Virus record (IMG/VR): IMGVR_UViG_2740892230_000012
DNA: 25,147 nucleotides
Strand: one strand, 5' to 3'
From: a virus
Lineage: Duplodnaviria; Heunggongvirae; Uroviricota; Caudoviricetes
This document shows, piece after piece, positions 10,960 through 20,337 of this stretch. Each line of letters begins with the position of its first letter. Position 1 is the stretch's first letter. A program made the translations under genes and the position numbers. A model generated the notes under the pieces. The model was not told the DNA's origin. It saw only the letters and a program-made list of their open reading frames with translations, and made no database searches.

Positions 10960-11283
10960 AACGCACACCTCCGGAAATACCTTCTCCAAGATGCATCAGT
11001 TCTTCGTCCGTTCGCTCCGGTATCTCGTTCTCTTCCGGTAAAAGGCTGAAATCAGCCACCGCAGCATCACTGCTGCCGGACACCATTCTCACGATCAATG
11101 CCTTCAGCGAGGCAAACTGCGCATCCATCCACACATCACTGAAGCTCTGCATCCGGAAATAATCGCCCCACTCACCAAGCTCAGTGGCCGACATTTCCGA
11201 CAGCATCCGCCGCCAGTCTGCCCGCCGGAACTCCCGGGCAAGCCGCATGACAAACTGCATTTCCCGCGTCAGGACTTTTCCGG
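10931..11283 (-). CDS. T: tail assembly chaperone T, the -1 frameshift extension of G (expressed as a G-T fusion)
   Basis: Frame translating ...MQFVMRLAREFRRADWRRMLSEMSATELGEWGDYF...GEGISGGVRYGPD resembles recalled lambda T; it is open upstream into the G 3-prime end in the -1 frame. Confidence 0.65.
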
Positions 11284-11835
11284 CGTCAGCACCTCATGCT
11301 CCAAATACCCGGCATTCTCAATGGCTCCCATACCGCTCAGCGACAGAACCATCTCCGCCCNNNNNNNNNNGCCTCATGCTCATCATCCCCGGCATTATCA
11401 ATGGCCCCCATACCGCTCAGCGACAGAACCATCTCCGCCCNNNNNNNNNNAACATCCTGAGACTGTTCCGCATTCCACAGTGAGCGGGAAACTAGCCAGG
11501 CATTGATATCCATCCCCATCCGCAGAANNNNNNNNNNCCGCACCCAGGGCATCATACGACCATGTTGTAATAACGGATGCGCAAAGCGTCTCTACATCCT
11601 TAGACTGATCCGCATTCCACAGTGAGCGGGAAACCAGCCAGGCATTGATATCCATCCCCATCCGCAGAAAAGCAATCTGTCGTTCAGCCTCCGGCAGTTC
11701 TCCCTCCCCGGCATCAAACTTTGCCGTTCGCTGCTGAACAAACGCCAGATATTCAATTCTCTGCAGCCCGGACAGCTCACTGAGCACCACGGACTGTTTT
11801 TCATAATTAAACGTGCCCTGTTTCAGAAACATCAT
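11269..11835 (-). CDS. G: tail assembly chaperone G (span inflated by three N10 gaps and duplicated allelic segments)
   Basis: MMFLKQGTFNYEKQSVVLSELSGLQRIEYLAFVQQRTAKFDAGEGE... lies between V and T and resembles recalled lambda G (MFLK...TLSELSALQRIEHLA); GGTGGAG Shine-Dalgarno motif upstream; stop TGA at 11269..11271. Confidence 0.7.
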
Positions 11836-11848
11836 GTTCTCCACCTGC

Positions 11849-11872
11849 AAAAAAGCCCCGGATAACCGGGGC
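11849..11872 (-). terminator. intrinsic terminator-like hairpin downstream of major tail gene V
   Basis: Minus-strand sequence GCCCCGGTTATCCGGGGC followed by TTTTTT, in the 57-nt gap between the V stop and the G start. Confidence 0.5.
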
Positions 11873-11892
11873 AAATGATGAGTATCGTCCTG

Positions 11893-12636
11893 TTAACCTG
11901 CGGCGCTGACAGCCACCGTAGCCACTGCCACAAAATCGCCGTCAGAAGTCATGCCCACAATGCTGACACTGCCCTGCTTCACGCCTTTCACCGTGGCCAC
12001 AAGCCCGTTCAGGGTCACCGTGGCAGTCTGTGGATCTGTCGAATGCACACTGATCGCTTTGTCACTGGCTCCGTCAGGTTTTACTGTAAAGGTCAGCGTG
12101 GTGGTTGCTCCCACATTGACACTGGCAGATGCCGGTGCCACCGTCAGCCCGGTAACGCCCACGGTTTCAGTGCCTTCCTCTGCCAGATACGGACGCCCCA
12201 CACCGCTGATTTTCACGGTGCGGGTCATCACGTCTTTTGAGGCAATGGTTTTACCCAGTGAACTCAGCCAGCCACGGAAAACATCAACAGTACCGTTGGG
12301 ATATTTGATACGAAACGCGCAGACTTCACCGGAGTCGAACAACTGAACCAGTTTTTTCTGCCCGCTGTCACCCGGACGCCAGGCCAGCGTCGCCGAAGTA
12401 TCACCAACGGATTTCTGCCCCTGGGTTGTCGTTTTCCAGTCTGCATCTTCATCATCGAGATAAGTGTCATCTTCTGCATCAGCGGTCATTTCGCCAGGTT
12501 GCAGATCCTTCACCATCGCAAGACGCAGCCAGTCAGTGTCCGACAAAGGGTTCGCAAACGCATCGCCCTTGCCGGTGTACATCCAGAACGTCGTTCCCGC
12601 ACCTTTCGTTTTTGCCAGTGGATTTGGTGTGGTCAT
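11893..12636 (-). CDS. V: major tail protein V
   Basis: MTTPNPLAKTKGAGTTFWMYTGKGDAFANPLSDTDWLRLAMVKDLQPGEMTADAEDDTYLDDEDADWKTT... matches recalled lambda V including the C-terminal Ig-like segment; AAGGAGGTG Shine-Dalgarno upstream; the track ORF extends further 5-prime over the U gene and that extension is rejected. Confidence 0.9.
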   Translation of the reverse strand: MTTPNPLAKTKGAGTTFWMYTGKGDAFANPLSDTDWLRLAMVKDLQPGEMTADAEDDTYLDDEDADWKTTTQGQKSVGDTSATLAWRPGDSGQKKLVQLFDSGEVCAFRIKYPNGTVDVFRGWLSSLGKTIASKDVMTRTVKISGVGRPYLAEEGTETVGVTGLTVAPASASVNVGATTTLTFTVKPDGASDKAISVHSTDPQTATVTLNGLVATVKGVKQGSVSIVGMTSDGDFVAVATVAVSAAG

Positions 12637-12646
12637 TGCCACCTCC

Positions 12647-13048
12647 TTAATTCGTGTACGTGATCTGGTACGTGATTTCCGCCATCGCCCAGGTGGCCAT
12701 CTCATTATCACGTTGATAGTTAAAACCGAGTGGGATCAGGGTGTCGATGAGTCCGGAAAGTGCCGGTACATCATTCAGGGCCGGGAAAATGGTGCTCTCC
12801 ATCCACATATCCAGCTCTGAATCCGGTGCCTGTGCCCGGATGAAGACGGCAATATGCAGAACAGCCTGCCAGTCATCTTCATCCGTCATTTTTCCGGTGT
12901 ACTGAGCATCACTCAGCCACACCGCCACGGCAGGCAGTTCCTGCGCATCAATAAATGCCGGAAGCCCGTCAAAAAACGTGGCGCTGTCTCCACACTGTTC
13001 CCGAAGGCGTGCCAGTACGGCCTGGCGGATTTGTGTATGTCGGTTCAT
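12647..13048 (-). CDS. U: tail terminator protein U
   Basis: MNRHTQIRQAVLARL...TFFDGLPAFIDAQELPAVAVWLSDAQYTGKMTDEDDWQAVLHIAVFIRAQAPDSELDMWMES... matches recalled lambda U; start ATG overlaps the Z stop (ATGA). Confidence 0.9.
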   Translation of the reverse strand: MNRHTQIRQAVLARLREQCGDSATFFDGLPAFIDAQELPAVAVWLSDAQYTGKMTDEDDWQAVLHIAVFIRAQAPDSELDMWMESTIFPALNDVPALSGLIDTLIPLGFNYQRDNEMATWAMAEITYQITYTN

Positions 13049-13623
13049 CGGGTCAGCCATAATCTCAGTTGTTGTTTCAGTGCATACCCCAGCTGTTTCG
13101 GCATTTCCGCAGCAATGATGTGGTCGCGGGCATCTTCAAATGCCTGTGTCAGCGGTCCGGACAGCGGGATTTTCACCACATCAATGGGGTAACGATTTTT
13201 GCCATCAATACGTCGCATCACATGCCAGCGACCATTCGCCAGTTGCTGAATAAACGCATCCCGGAAAAGATATTTACCCACCTTCAGCACACTGCCACGG
13301 TACTGCAGTTTTCCACCACGCCGGGCCAGTCTGACCCGGGCTGTCCCCAGCTTAATGGCGGGCAGATTGCCCCGGTTAACGCGGATCCTGGCCGTCATTT
13401 TTCCTGACGGACTGGCTTTAAACACCCGGACACGCTGACGTACCAGTTTCAGGGGGATCCCTTTCACCTGGTTATCTCCCGCAACGGTATCCCCGGCAAC
13501 CTGCCGGGTGGCAACCGAGACCGCTTTCTGTGCCACACGGTTTATCGCCCATGCGCTGGCCTGTGGCACCATACGGGTATCAAGGCTGTTCAGATTGCGG
13601 ATGGCATTCTCAAGCCCCTTCAT
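13045..13623 (-). CDS. Z: minor tail protein Z
   Basis: 192 aa; MKGLENAIRNLNSLDTRMVPQASAWAINRVAQKAV...RWHVMRRIDGKNRYPIDVVKIPLSGPLTQAFEDARDHI...LGYALKQQLRLWLTR aligns along its length with recalled lambda Z. Confidence 0.9.
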   Translation of the reverse strand: MKGLENAIRNLNSLDTRMVPQASAWAINRVAQKAVSVATRQVAGDTVAGDNQVKGIPLKLVRQRVRVFKASPSGKMTARIRVNRGNLPAIKLGTARVRLARRGGKLQYRGSVLKVGKYLFRDAFIQQLANGRWHVMRRIDGKNRYPIDVVKIPLSGPLTQAFEDARDHIIAAEMPKQLGYALKQQLRLWLTR

Positions 13624-13634
13624 CCCACACCTCT

Positions 13635-13910
13635 TTACTCAATAAAGATCATTGGCTTACCGTTAAAACGTTCATGCCGTGTGACCGTCCATTGTTGTCC
13701 GTCATAAACAACGCGATCCCCGCGCCGTGGGCGGTATCCCGAAGAAAACACCACCAGAGAGACCGCAGGTCCGGACAGAGCATTCAGCTCTGCCAGTGTT
13801 TCTCCCGGGATCACAGTCATATCGACATCATTAATCGAGGCTGTCTTTCCCATCTTTCTGACCGTGATAGCATCCATACGCGCTGCCAGCCGGGAAAAGG
13901 GATCAGACAT
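13635..13910 (-). CDS. head-tail joining protein, FII-like
   Basis: 91 aa immediately upstream of Z, the lambda FII position; the motif RRGDRVVYDGQQWTVTRHE parallels recalled lambda FII RRGDTLTIGEENFWVDRV. Confidence 0.7.
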   Translation of the reverse strand: MSDPFSRLAARMDAITVRKMGKTASINDVDMTVIPGETLAELNALSGPAVSLVVFSSGYRPRRGDRVVYDGQQWTVTRHERFNGKPMIFIE

Positions 13911-14226
13911 TGAGTTTTACCGGCACTTCTTCTGCACTGGTTCCGGCATCTGCCCAGACAACCCCGACCAGCGGATCAGAGCCGCTGTTAGTCAACTGAA
14001 CTTTTCCGGACTTCAGATAAACCTTCTTACCCGTTTTCATGTCATCCGTTTTCAGCTTAGGCAGCATAAACACACCTTCGGTCATACCGTCGCCTGTTTC
14101 ACCTTGTGGAATATCGGTCAGCGCCACCGCAAAAACATCACCCACCTGCACCAGATCTCCGCTGCTGATGGCTGCACTGGCAACAATCGCCACCGTTTTT
14201 CCTTCTTCTACAAAATTCTTTGCCAT
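13903..14226 (-). CDS. small phage head protein, DUF2190-like (possible decoration or cement protein)
   Basis: 108 aa from MAKNFVEEGKTVAIVASAAISSGDLVQVGD...; Gly/Ala/Val-rich small protein directly after the capsid gene, as in the DUF2190 family; GGAGA Shine-Dalgarno upstream. Confidence 0.5.
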   Translation of the reverse strand: MAKNFVEEGKTVAIVASAAISSGDLVQVGDVFAVALTDIPQGETGDGMTEGVFMLPKLKTDDMKTGKKVYLKSGKVQLTNSGSDPLVGVVWADAGTSAEEVPVKLNV

Positions 14227-14269
14227 AACTGTCTCCGCACAGCCCCGTTCAGGGGCTGATTTCAGGTAC

Positions 14270-14288
14270 AAAAAAAGCCCTTACGGGC
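14270..14288 (-). terminator. intrinsic terminator-like hairpin downstream of the capsid gene
   Basis: Minus-strand GCCCGTAAGGGC followed by TTTTTTT; a second hairpin CAGCCCC-GTTCA-GGGGCTG lies at 14240..14258. Confidence 0.5.
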
Positions 14289-14312
14289 CATCAGAGTTGT
14301 TGTCTGCGACGT

Positions 14313-16277
14313 TTACGCCGTACATTTCACCAGACCGCGGTGATCAACTGGCGCGACACCGGCGTCAATACGCACTTTCGTTGTCACGCCATCCACACTG
14401 AAGCCCTCCATCTGATCAATATATGGCGTATCCACACCGTTGAGATAAGCCACTTCAATCGTATCGGAGCCTTTTGACGCAGCCAGGTAGAAGGTGGTCT
14501 GGCTGTTATCATCAAGACGAGGCTCTGCAATAACGGTCGCAAAATCTTTCACCGGGTTAATAATACCGGCGTTAATGTCAGCCCCCTTGACACTTGAGGA
14601 GCGAATGACCTGGTTAGCAACAGACTCCATCGCCGTCGGTACCAGTACGAACGCAGGACGAATATTCAGATGACGCTCCCCCTCTTTCTGAACGCGCATC
14701 AACTGGCGGGCTTTATCCAGCGATGCCACGTCCATTGCCGCGCTCTCCAGTACGTTTGCATGTTTCGCTTTATCGAACAGACTTACATTATCTGTGGAGA
14801 TTTTCGGGTTAGACGTCAGAATGGCATAAACCAGATCGGCAATAGTGGATTTCGCCGCACGGCCCAGTTTCATCGGGACATCGGTCAGCATATTCAGATC
14901 ATCATTGATAATGGCCTGACGGGTGATACTGAACAGCTCGCCATAGGTCGCCAGTGCAATAGTGGCCTGTTTATCTCCGGTGGTGACGTATTTATATTCC
15001 GCCCCTTCACGCACCTGACGCAGAGCACTGAAGCCCCCCATACCCACACGATGGGCAATTTTAAAATCAGACAACTGACCTTTCCGCGTCCACTGTTCAT
15101 AGGTTTCAGGGGCATCTTCCCAGCCCTGCAGAATGGCTTTGTTCGCAACATCCAGCAGAATATTACCGAAGTCAGACGTACTGTGTGTGAACGCCGCACC
15201 GACCATCTGCATCGGGTTATAACTGGAAACCCCAATACCCCGTTCAGTCAGTGACATACGGGCATATTCACGCAGGGTCATCCCGTTGTAGACATTATCA
15301 CGTTCGGTTTTTTCAAATCCGGCACGCGCCATCAGCGCCTGGCGGATCCCGTCCCCCACAAAATTACCGTTACCGGCATAAATATGAGCAGGGGTATTTT
15401 TATTGGATGGCGTGGACTCGCGCCCCATCTCGTTCAACAGCTTTTCGCGGGCCTGCTCCAGCGAACATTCAGGATCGGCAAGACACTGAGCCTGCAGCGT
15501 CTGATAACGCCCGCCAAACATGGCAAACAGATCATTAATACCGTTTACACGCGCTTTTTGCTCTGCCAGGACCTGCGCACGGATACTGTTTTCATCCACC
15601 ACGGGTGCTGCTGCCTGCACTGGCGTCCGGGAAGCTGCAGGTTCATTATCCTGTACGCGTGGAGCACTGTTGCGTGGCGGAGTAATCATGTTTCGAATGG
15701 ATTCCGGCATCTTTTTAAATTCCTCTGTACGTTTTGACTGAATACATGCCATTGCCTTAACGGCTGGCGTCACCTGATCAGCAAATCCCTGTGCCAGACA
15801 TTCGGCACCGGACATCCAGGTCTCATCCGCCAGCATGGCAGCAATTTCATCGGTGGTTTTCCCGGTTTTCTGTGCATAAGCGGGTAACAGAACCGCCTCA
15901 ACTTTATCGAGCAGGTCGGCATAGGTGCGCATGTCCTCCGCATCACCGCCCGTAAAGCCAAATGGTTTATGAATCATCATGAAGGTGTTTTCCGGCATAA
16001 TGACCGGGTTTCCCACCATCGCAATGACCGACGCCATTGATGCCGCCACACCGTCGACATAAACGGTAATGGACGCACCATGTGTTTTCAGCGCATTAAA
16101 AATGGCGATGCCTTCAAAGACATCGCCACCCGGTGAATTGATATGGAGATTAATGTGGGTGATATCGCCCAGTGCATTCAGATCACTGATAAACTGCTTC
16201 GCTGTAACACCCCAGAAACCAATCTCGTCATAAATATAAATATNNNNNNNNNNGTCACTCTGGTGACCAGCCTGCAT
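14313..16277 (-). CDS. prohead protease (ClpP/S14-like) fused to the major capsid protein
   Basis: N-terminal IYIYDEIGFWGVTAKQFISDLNALGDITHINLHINSPGGDVFEGIAIFNALKTHG...VDGVAASMASVIAMVG is a ClpP-type prohead protease; the capsid assignment for the C-terminal ~400 aa is by elimination, since no separate capsid ORF lies between portal and FII-like. Start at MQAGHQSD is tentative because an N-gap sits at 16244..16253. Confidence 0.75.
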   Translation of the reverse strand: MQAGHQSDXXXXIYIYDEIGFWGVTAKQFISDLNALGDITHINLHINSPGGDVFEGIAIFNALKTHGASITVYVDGVAASMASVIAMVGNPVIMPENTFMMIHKPFGFTGGDAEDMRTYADLLDKVEAVLLPAYAQKTGKTTDEIAAMLADETWMSGAECLAQGFADQVTPAVKAMACIQSKRTEEFKKMPESIRNMITPPRNSAPRVQDNEPAASRTPVQAAAPVVDENSIRAQVLAEQKARVNGINDLFAMFGGRYQTLQAQCLADPECSLEQAREKLLNEMGRESTPSNKNTPAHIYAGNGNFVGDGIRQALMARAGFEKTERDNVYNGMTLREYARMSLTERGIGVSSYNPMQMVGAAFTHSTSDFGNILLDVANKAILQGWEDAPETYEQWTRKGQLSDFKIAHRVGMGGFSALRQVREGAEYKYVTTGDKQATIALATYGELFSITRQAIINDDLNMLTDVPMKLGRAAKSTIADLVYAILTSNPKISTDNVSLFDKAKHANVLESAAMDVASLDKARQLMRVQKEGERHLNIRPAFVLVPTAMESVANQVIRSSSVKGADINAGIINPVKDFATVIAEPRLDDNSQTTFYLAASKGSDTIEVAYLNGVDTPYIDQMEGFSVDGVTTKVRIDAGVAPVDHRGLVKCTA

Positions 16278-16323
16278 CCTGAACCAGGAATTATTCTTCG
16301 GACTGGTCGTCGGTGTACTGCGG

Positions 16324-18021
16324 CTACTGTCGTTTCGTTGCGGCACTGCTGCCTCCTTTATCACTGGCCGGATCGGTATCAAATACCAGGTCCAGCTTGC
16401 GGTTTTCATCAATTTCGGCCTTGCGCCGACGTTTGACATCATCCGGATTACGACCACCTGCACGTACCCAGTCTGATTCTGTCGCCGCTCCACCACGAAT
16501 CTGGATTTTCCAGGCCTCAGCCTCCTTAACAGGGTCAATCCACGGCATCACCGGTCCGGAATACACCGCGGTATACAGTGAAGAACGGTCAAGATCGCGG
16601 GGTAGCCTGATAACACCGGATGCCACAGCCTGTTTCAGCCAGGCACGATACATCGGGCGGGTGACGGCACCAATAAACCAGTCCTGCAGGATCAGGTAGC
16701 CATCAGTGGATTCAACCAGCTCCTGACGCTGGGCGCTGTAAGTGCCGTTATAGTTGCGCGCTGTACTGGAAAAACTCAGACGACTGCCCGCCGCCACGGC
16801 ACGCAACTGAGCATTACGAAAAGTTTCAAGGTTAGGATTTGGGCGATCCGACTTCACCATTCCGATTTCTTCGCCGGGTTTCAGATCGTCGTAAATAATG
16901 CCCGGCTGAATGGTAAGCTCGCGTTCATTCTCCTTGCTGTCATTACCATCCGTTTCATAGCTCTGTCCGTCGCCTTTGCGGATGTACATCCCCAGAGCAG
17001 NNNNNNNNNNAGCCGCCACTGCACGCAACTGACCATTACGAAAAGTTTCAAGATTAGGATTGGGGCGATCCGACTTCACCATTCCGATTTCTTCGCCGGG
17101 TTTCAGATCGTCGTAAATAATGCCTGGCTGAATGGTAAGCTCGCGTTCCTTATCCTTGCTGCCATTACCATCCGGTTCATAGCTCTGCCCGTCGCCTTTG
17201 CGGATGTACATCCCCAGAGCAGCGGCGACCCTTGCTGCAGTCAGCTCAGAATCTTCATACTCTTTCAGGGCGCTGAGGCGGATCAGCACACCGGACAATA
17301 AAGACGTCCCGCGCATCTGGTGCAGACGGCGAACAAATTTAAGATGCAGCATTCGCTCTGCATCCACTTCTTTGGTTTCCATCTGCCGCCCGGATACGGG
17401 ACGGCTTTTATACACCAGATATTTTTCGGGACGCCCCCAGTCATCAACAAACACGCCCTGATTCAGCCTGTTGCTCTCATCACTGGTCATGGGAATAAAG
17501 TCCGGCTCGAGCGCCTCCAGCCAGAAATGAACACCGGCAGAAGGCGTCAGGCTGTTTATGCGCCCGGAAACCATCTGGGCAAACACCTCACCATCGCGCA
17601 GCCAGGTACGCAGCATCAGACGTTCCAGCATCGGACGGGTAAACTGCCCGGTGACTTCCGGACTGACAGACCATTCACTCCATCGGGTGCGTATCTCCGC
17701 TGCCAGATCACGGGCAATGGCCCCATTGCGTAATACCGGATGTGGCTCGACAATAATCCCGTTTTTCCCCACCACCCGTTCTTCCAGCTTGTCAAATACA
17801 CCAATGACCAGATCGTGGTTGTTATCAAGGTAACGGGCCTGCTCACGTAACGACACGGCCCCGTACTGGCTTAACTGGTCGGCAGTTCGGTTCTCCCGTC
17901 GGGCTTTGTGTGTCCGCGTCGTTTTTACGGCCTCATAAGCCTGAATCACCGCACGGGAACGCAGCCTTGCCGCTTTCCATCCTGGTGAAAAAACGCCAAT
18001 CACATCATCAAGAATTGCCAT
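16324..18021 (-). CDS. portal protein, lambda B-like (internal N-gap with duplicated ~70 aa segment)
   Basis: Start MAILDDVIGVFSPGWKAARL... overlaps the W stop (ATGA); size and position between W and the protease fit a lambda-family portal; the track ORF's upstream 24 codons are rejected. Confidence 0.85.
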   Translation of the reverse strand: MAILDDVIGVFSPGWKAARLRSRAVIQAYEAVKTTRTHKARRENRTADQLSQYGAVSLREQARYLDNNHDLVIGVFDKLEERVVGKNGIIVEPHPVLRNGAIARDLAAEIRTRWSEWSVSPEVTGQFTRPMLERLMLRTWLRDGEVFAQMVSGRINSLTPSAGVHFWLEALEPDFIPMTSDESNRLNQGVFVDDWGRPEKYLVYKSRPVSGRQMETKEVDAERMLHLKFVRRLHQMRGTSLLSGVLIRLSALKEYEDSELTAARVAAALGMYIRKGDGQSYEPDGNGSKDKERELTIQPGIIYDDLKPGEEIGMVKSDRPNPNLETFRNGQLRAVAAXXXXALGMYIRKGDGQSYETDGNDSKENERELTIQPGIIYDDLKPGEEIGMVKSDRPNPNLETFRNAQLRAVAAGSRLSFSSTARNYNGTYSAQRQELVESTDGYLILQDWFIGAVTRPMYRAWLKQAVASGVIRLPRDLDRSSLYTAVYSGPVMPWIDPVKEAEAWKIQIRGGAATESDWVRAGGRNPDDVKRRRKAEIDENRKLDLVFDTDPASDKGGSSAATKRQ

Positions 18022-18233
18022 CAGAACCTCGCCAGCCGGTACCCGGGATGCCCCCGTCGTCGTGTAATCAGAGCAGCAAGGCGGCGCTCCCACTCCTGCC
18101 GTCCCTGCCGGATCTCAGATAAGTTTTCCATGGTCATCTGCTGACCATTAAAAGTGACGGATTTTCCGTCCAGCACCGCCATTTCAGCTTCCATATAACG
18201 CTGAATCATGGCTTCGATATCATTCTGGTTCAT
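18021..18233 (-). CDS. W: head-tail joining protein, gpW-like
   Basis: 70 aa MNQNDIEAMIQRYMEAEMAVLDGKSVTFNGQQMTMENLSEIRQGRQEWERRLAALITRRRGHPGYRLARF; lambda W-like size and C-terminal RRRG motif; GGAGGA upstream; start overlaps the TerL stop (ATGA). Confidence 0.7.
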   Translation of the reverse strand: MNQNDIEAMIQRYMEAEMAVLDGKSVTFNGQQMTMENLSEIRQGRQEWERRLAALITRRRGHPGYRLARF

Positions 18234-20329
18234 AACCATCCTCCGGAAGTCAGCCAAGGGTTAACATCGTCAGTTACTGTTTTCTTCCGTTTTTGTTTTT
18301 TAACAGGCGTGGATACCGGTTCCGGTGAGGATGACGGTTCGGTACTGTCCTGGACACACTCCAGCCAGGTTTCCCGGCTCGCCCACTCCGGTGCATCCGG
18401 CCAGCGGATCTTTTCGTATCCATGCAGAATGACCAGCGCCTCGGCATACACCATCAGGTCAAAAGCTTCGTTGGCACCGCGACCCGGCTTACTCCATTTC
18501 CCGTCACTGCTCCGCTCTTCATACGTCAGTTCGTCGTAAAACCAGCTCCCCAGCCAGTCAGGGAAATGCACATAGCCTGGACCTGGCGAGTCACGCCATA
18601 ACGCGTTATTCACCCGGTCTTTCAGGGCATCCGTCTGAAGAAGCCAGAGCGGCACATCACCTGCGGCCTGCGCCCGGCGGCCCGTTCGTCCGGTGTTATC
18701 AGGGAATGTACGGCTGATCAGTTTTGCGCGCCGGATGCTGTCGCCCTTAAACAGGTAAATACGTTTACCAAGGCCATCACGACGGCAACGACGCCAGAAT
18801 TTATAGGCATTATCAGTGACCCCGTCTTCACCGCCGGAGTCCACCGCCATTGCCATCAGTCGCATTTGTTGAGAAGGATCGGAGGCCAGCGGCCAGCTTT
18901 TATGAAAAACATCCGTCAGCAGGACATCCCAGTCTTCCGGATAGCTGGCCGGATCAATTCGCTGGCTCTCCCCGTCGCAGTCACTGCGCAATGACTGCGT
19001 GATGTTGTAACGATCAATAATCCAGCGTTCGCCACGGCTGCCATAGCCCGTTACCTGAACCACAAAACGGCGATGACGTCCCGCCTGCACATCCACTGTC
19101 GCCACAAGGAAATTAACGCCATCCGGAACACTGCGGGAAGGAACTGGCTCTGCCCGCTGCTCAAGCAGTTCACTTTTTCGTTGCTCCATGCTGGCACGAG
19201 GAAGATAAGGCAATCCCCAGTCGGTGTTGATAACCGCCCTGAGTGTTTCTTCGCTTCCTGTCGCTTCATACTCCTGTTCTGCAGTCAGTAATTTGTAAAC
19301 CAGTTGCGCCCAGGTCTGATACGCAGCAGCTGGCCCTTCCATCCAGAAACTGGCGATACGGGAGCGGCGCGGTTCACCGGAAACGTTGCCGTTACGATCA
19401 ATGACCTGACCTTCACGCAACCAGACTCCTGCACTATTGAGCTCACGCTTTTTCTCCGCAGTGATAATGCCGCTGCAGTGCGGGCAAAGTAGATACGCCG
19501 CCTCACTGGCTTTAAAGGGATCCGGTTCATTACGGTAGCCGGTCATGGCATCCATGGCTGGCTGAAAATATTCACCGCAGTGCGGACATGGCCAGTACCA
19601 GCGGCGGCGGTCACCACGATTGTAAAGGGAAAGAATACCAGTCGTCGGTGGCGCTTCATGAGGCGACTTACGTCGCCATTTGCTGTCGCAGATGTCACGT
19701 CCCGGCGAGCTCTCCACCAGAGTCATCCCGGCGGACATAAATGTGGTGGTACGTTTTGAGGCCAGGGAGAAACCATCACCCTCGCTGTCGATATTCTCCG
19801 GAAAACGGTCGTAATCGGTTAAGGCGACAAACCGGTAATCCGACGACGACATAATGTTGACCGAGGGCCAACCAATTTTAAGGAACGAGCCATCCCTGAA
19901 CGTCTTATCATGAACATTATTGTCGTTACGACGTGGACTCATTCTTTTCTTTACCGCCGCACTGCTTCTGAACGTTCTGTCGAGGCGCTTTTTAGAATGC
20001 TCGCGGGCCTTATCTTCGGTCATCTGCACAACGAGCATGTCCGAAGGATCGCAAACGATGGTATAGACAATCCATCCATCGATCAGACCAATGGTCTTCC
20101 CTGTTCGCGCAGGACCAACAAAAATCACCGCATCGTATTCACGCGATGCCAGGCAGTTCATGGGCTCAATGATGTAGGGTGTCAGTTCAGGATCCCATGG
20201 CACCGAGTTACCAGCCCCCTTGGGAACACGCATGAATTTTTTAACAGCCTCCGAAATCGGCATGCGACGTGGTGGGGAAAATCCTGCCGATATGTCCCTT
20301 CCCAAATTTCGGGCTGATGAAAAACCCAT
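18230..20329 (-). CDS. terminase large subunit (GpA-type)
   Basis: 699 aa with Walker A GPARTGKT near the N-terminus and a CPHCGE motif; perfect AGGAGG Shine-Dalgarno 4 nt upstream of the ATG at 20329. Confidence 0.9.
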   Translation of the reverse strand: MGFSSARNLGRDISAGFSPPRRMPISEAVKKFMRVPKGAGNSVPWDPELTPYIIEPMNCLASREYDAVIFVGPARTGKTIGLIDGWIVYTIVCDPSDMLVVQMTEDKAREHSKKRLDRTFRSSAAVKKRMSPRRNDNNVHDKTFRDGSFLKIGWPSVNIMSSSDYRFVALTDYDRFPENIDSEGDGFSLASKRTTTFMSAGMTLVESSPGRDICDSKWRRKSPHEAPPTTGILSLYNRGDRRRWYWPCPHCGEYFQPAMDAMTGYRNEPDPFKASEAAYLLCPHCSGIITAEKKRELNSAGVWLREGQVIDRNGNVSGEPRRSRIASFWMEGPAAAYQTWAQLVYKLLTAEQEYEATGSEETLRAVINTDWGLPYLPRASMEQRKSELLEQRAEPVPSRSVPDGVNFLVATVDVQAGRHRRFVVQVTGYGSRGERWIIDRYNITQSLRSDCDGESQRIDPASYPEDWDVLLTDVFHKSWPLASDPSQQMRLMAMAVDSGGEDGVTDNAYKFWRRCRRDGLGKRIYLFKGDSIRRAKLISRTFPDNTGRTGRRAQAAGDVPLWLLQTDALKDRVNNALWRDSPGPGYVHFPDWLGSWFYDELTYEERSSDGKWSKPGRGANEAFDLMVYAEALVILHGYEKIRWPDAPEWASRETWLECVQDSTEPSSSPEPVSTPVKKQKRKKTVTDDVNPWLTSGGWL

Positions 20330-20337
20330 TATTCCTC

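Noticed and set aside
1774-10989. Apparent giant versions of I (437 aa) and H (932 aa), and extended K and L
   Set aside because: The extra length comes from reading through N10 gaps into duplicated allelic segments; the underlying proteins are normal lambda-sized.
12636-12711. 25-codon N-terminal extension of V (track ORF starts MIMRWPPGRW...)
   Set aside because: It overlaps the U coding region; the start at 12636 has a strong Shine-Dalgarno motif and matches the lambda V N-terminus.
16278-16538. N-terminal 87-codon extension of the protease-capsid ORF (track start at 16538)
   Set aside because: It overlaps the portal C-terminus in another frame and crosses an N-gap; the protease N-terminus (IYIYDEIG) begins just after the gap, so the start at 16277 is preferred.
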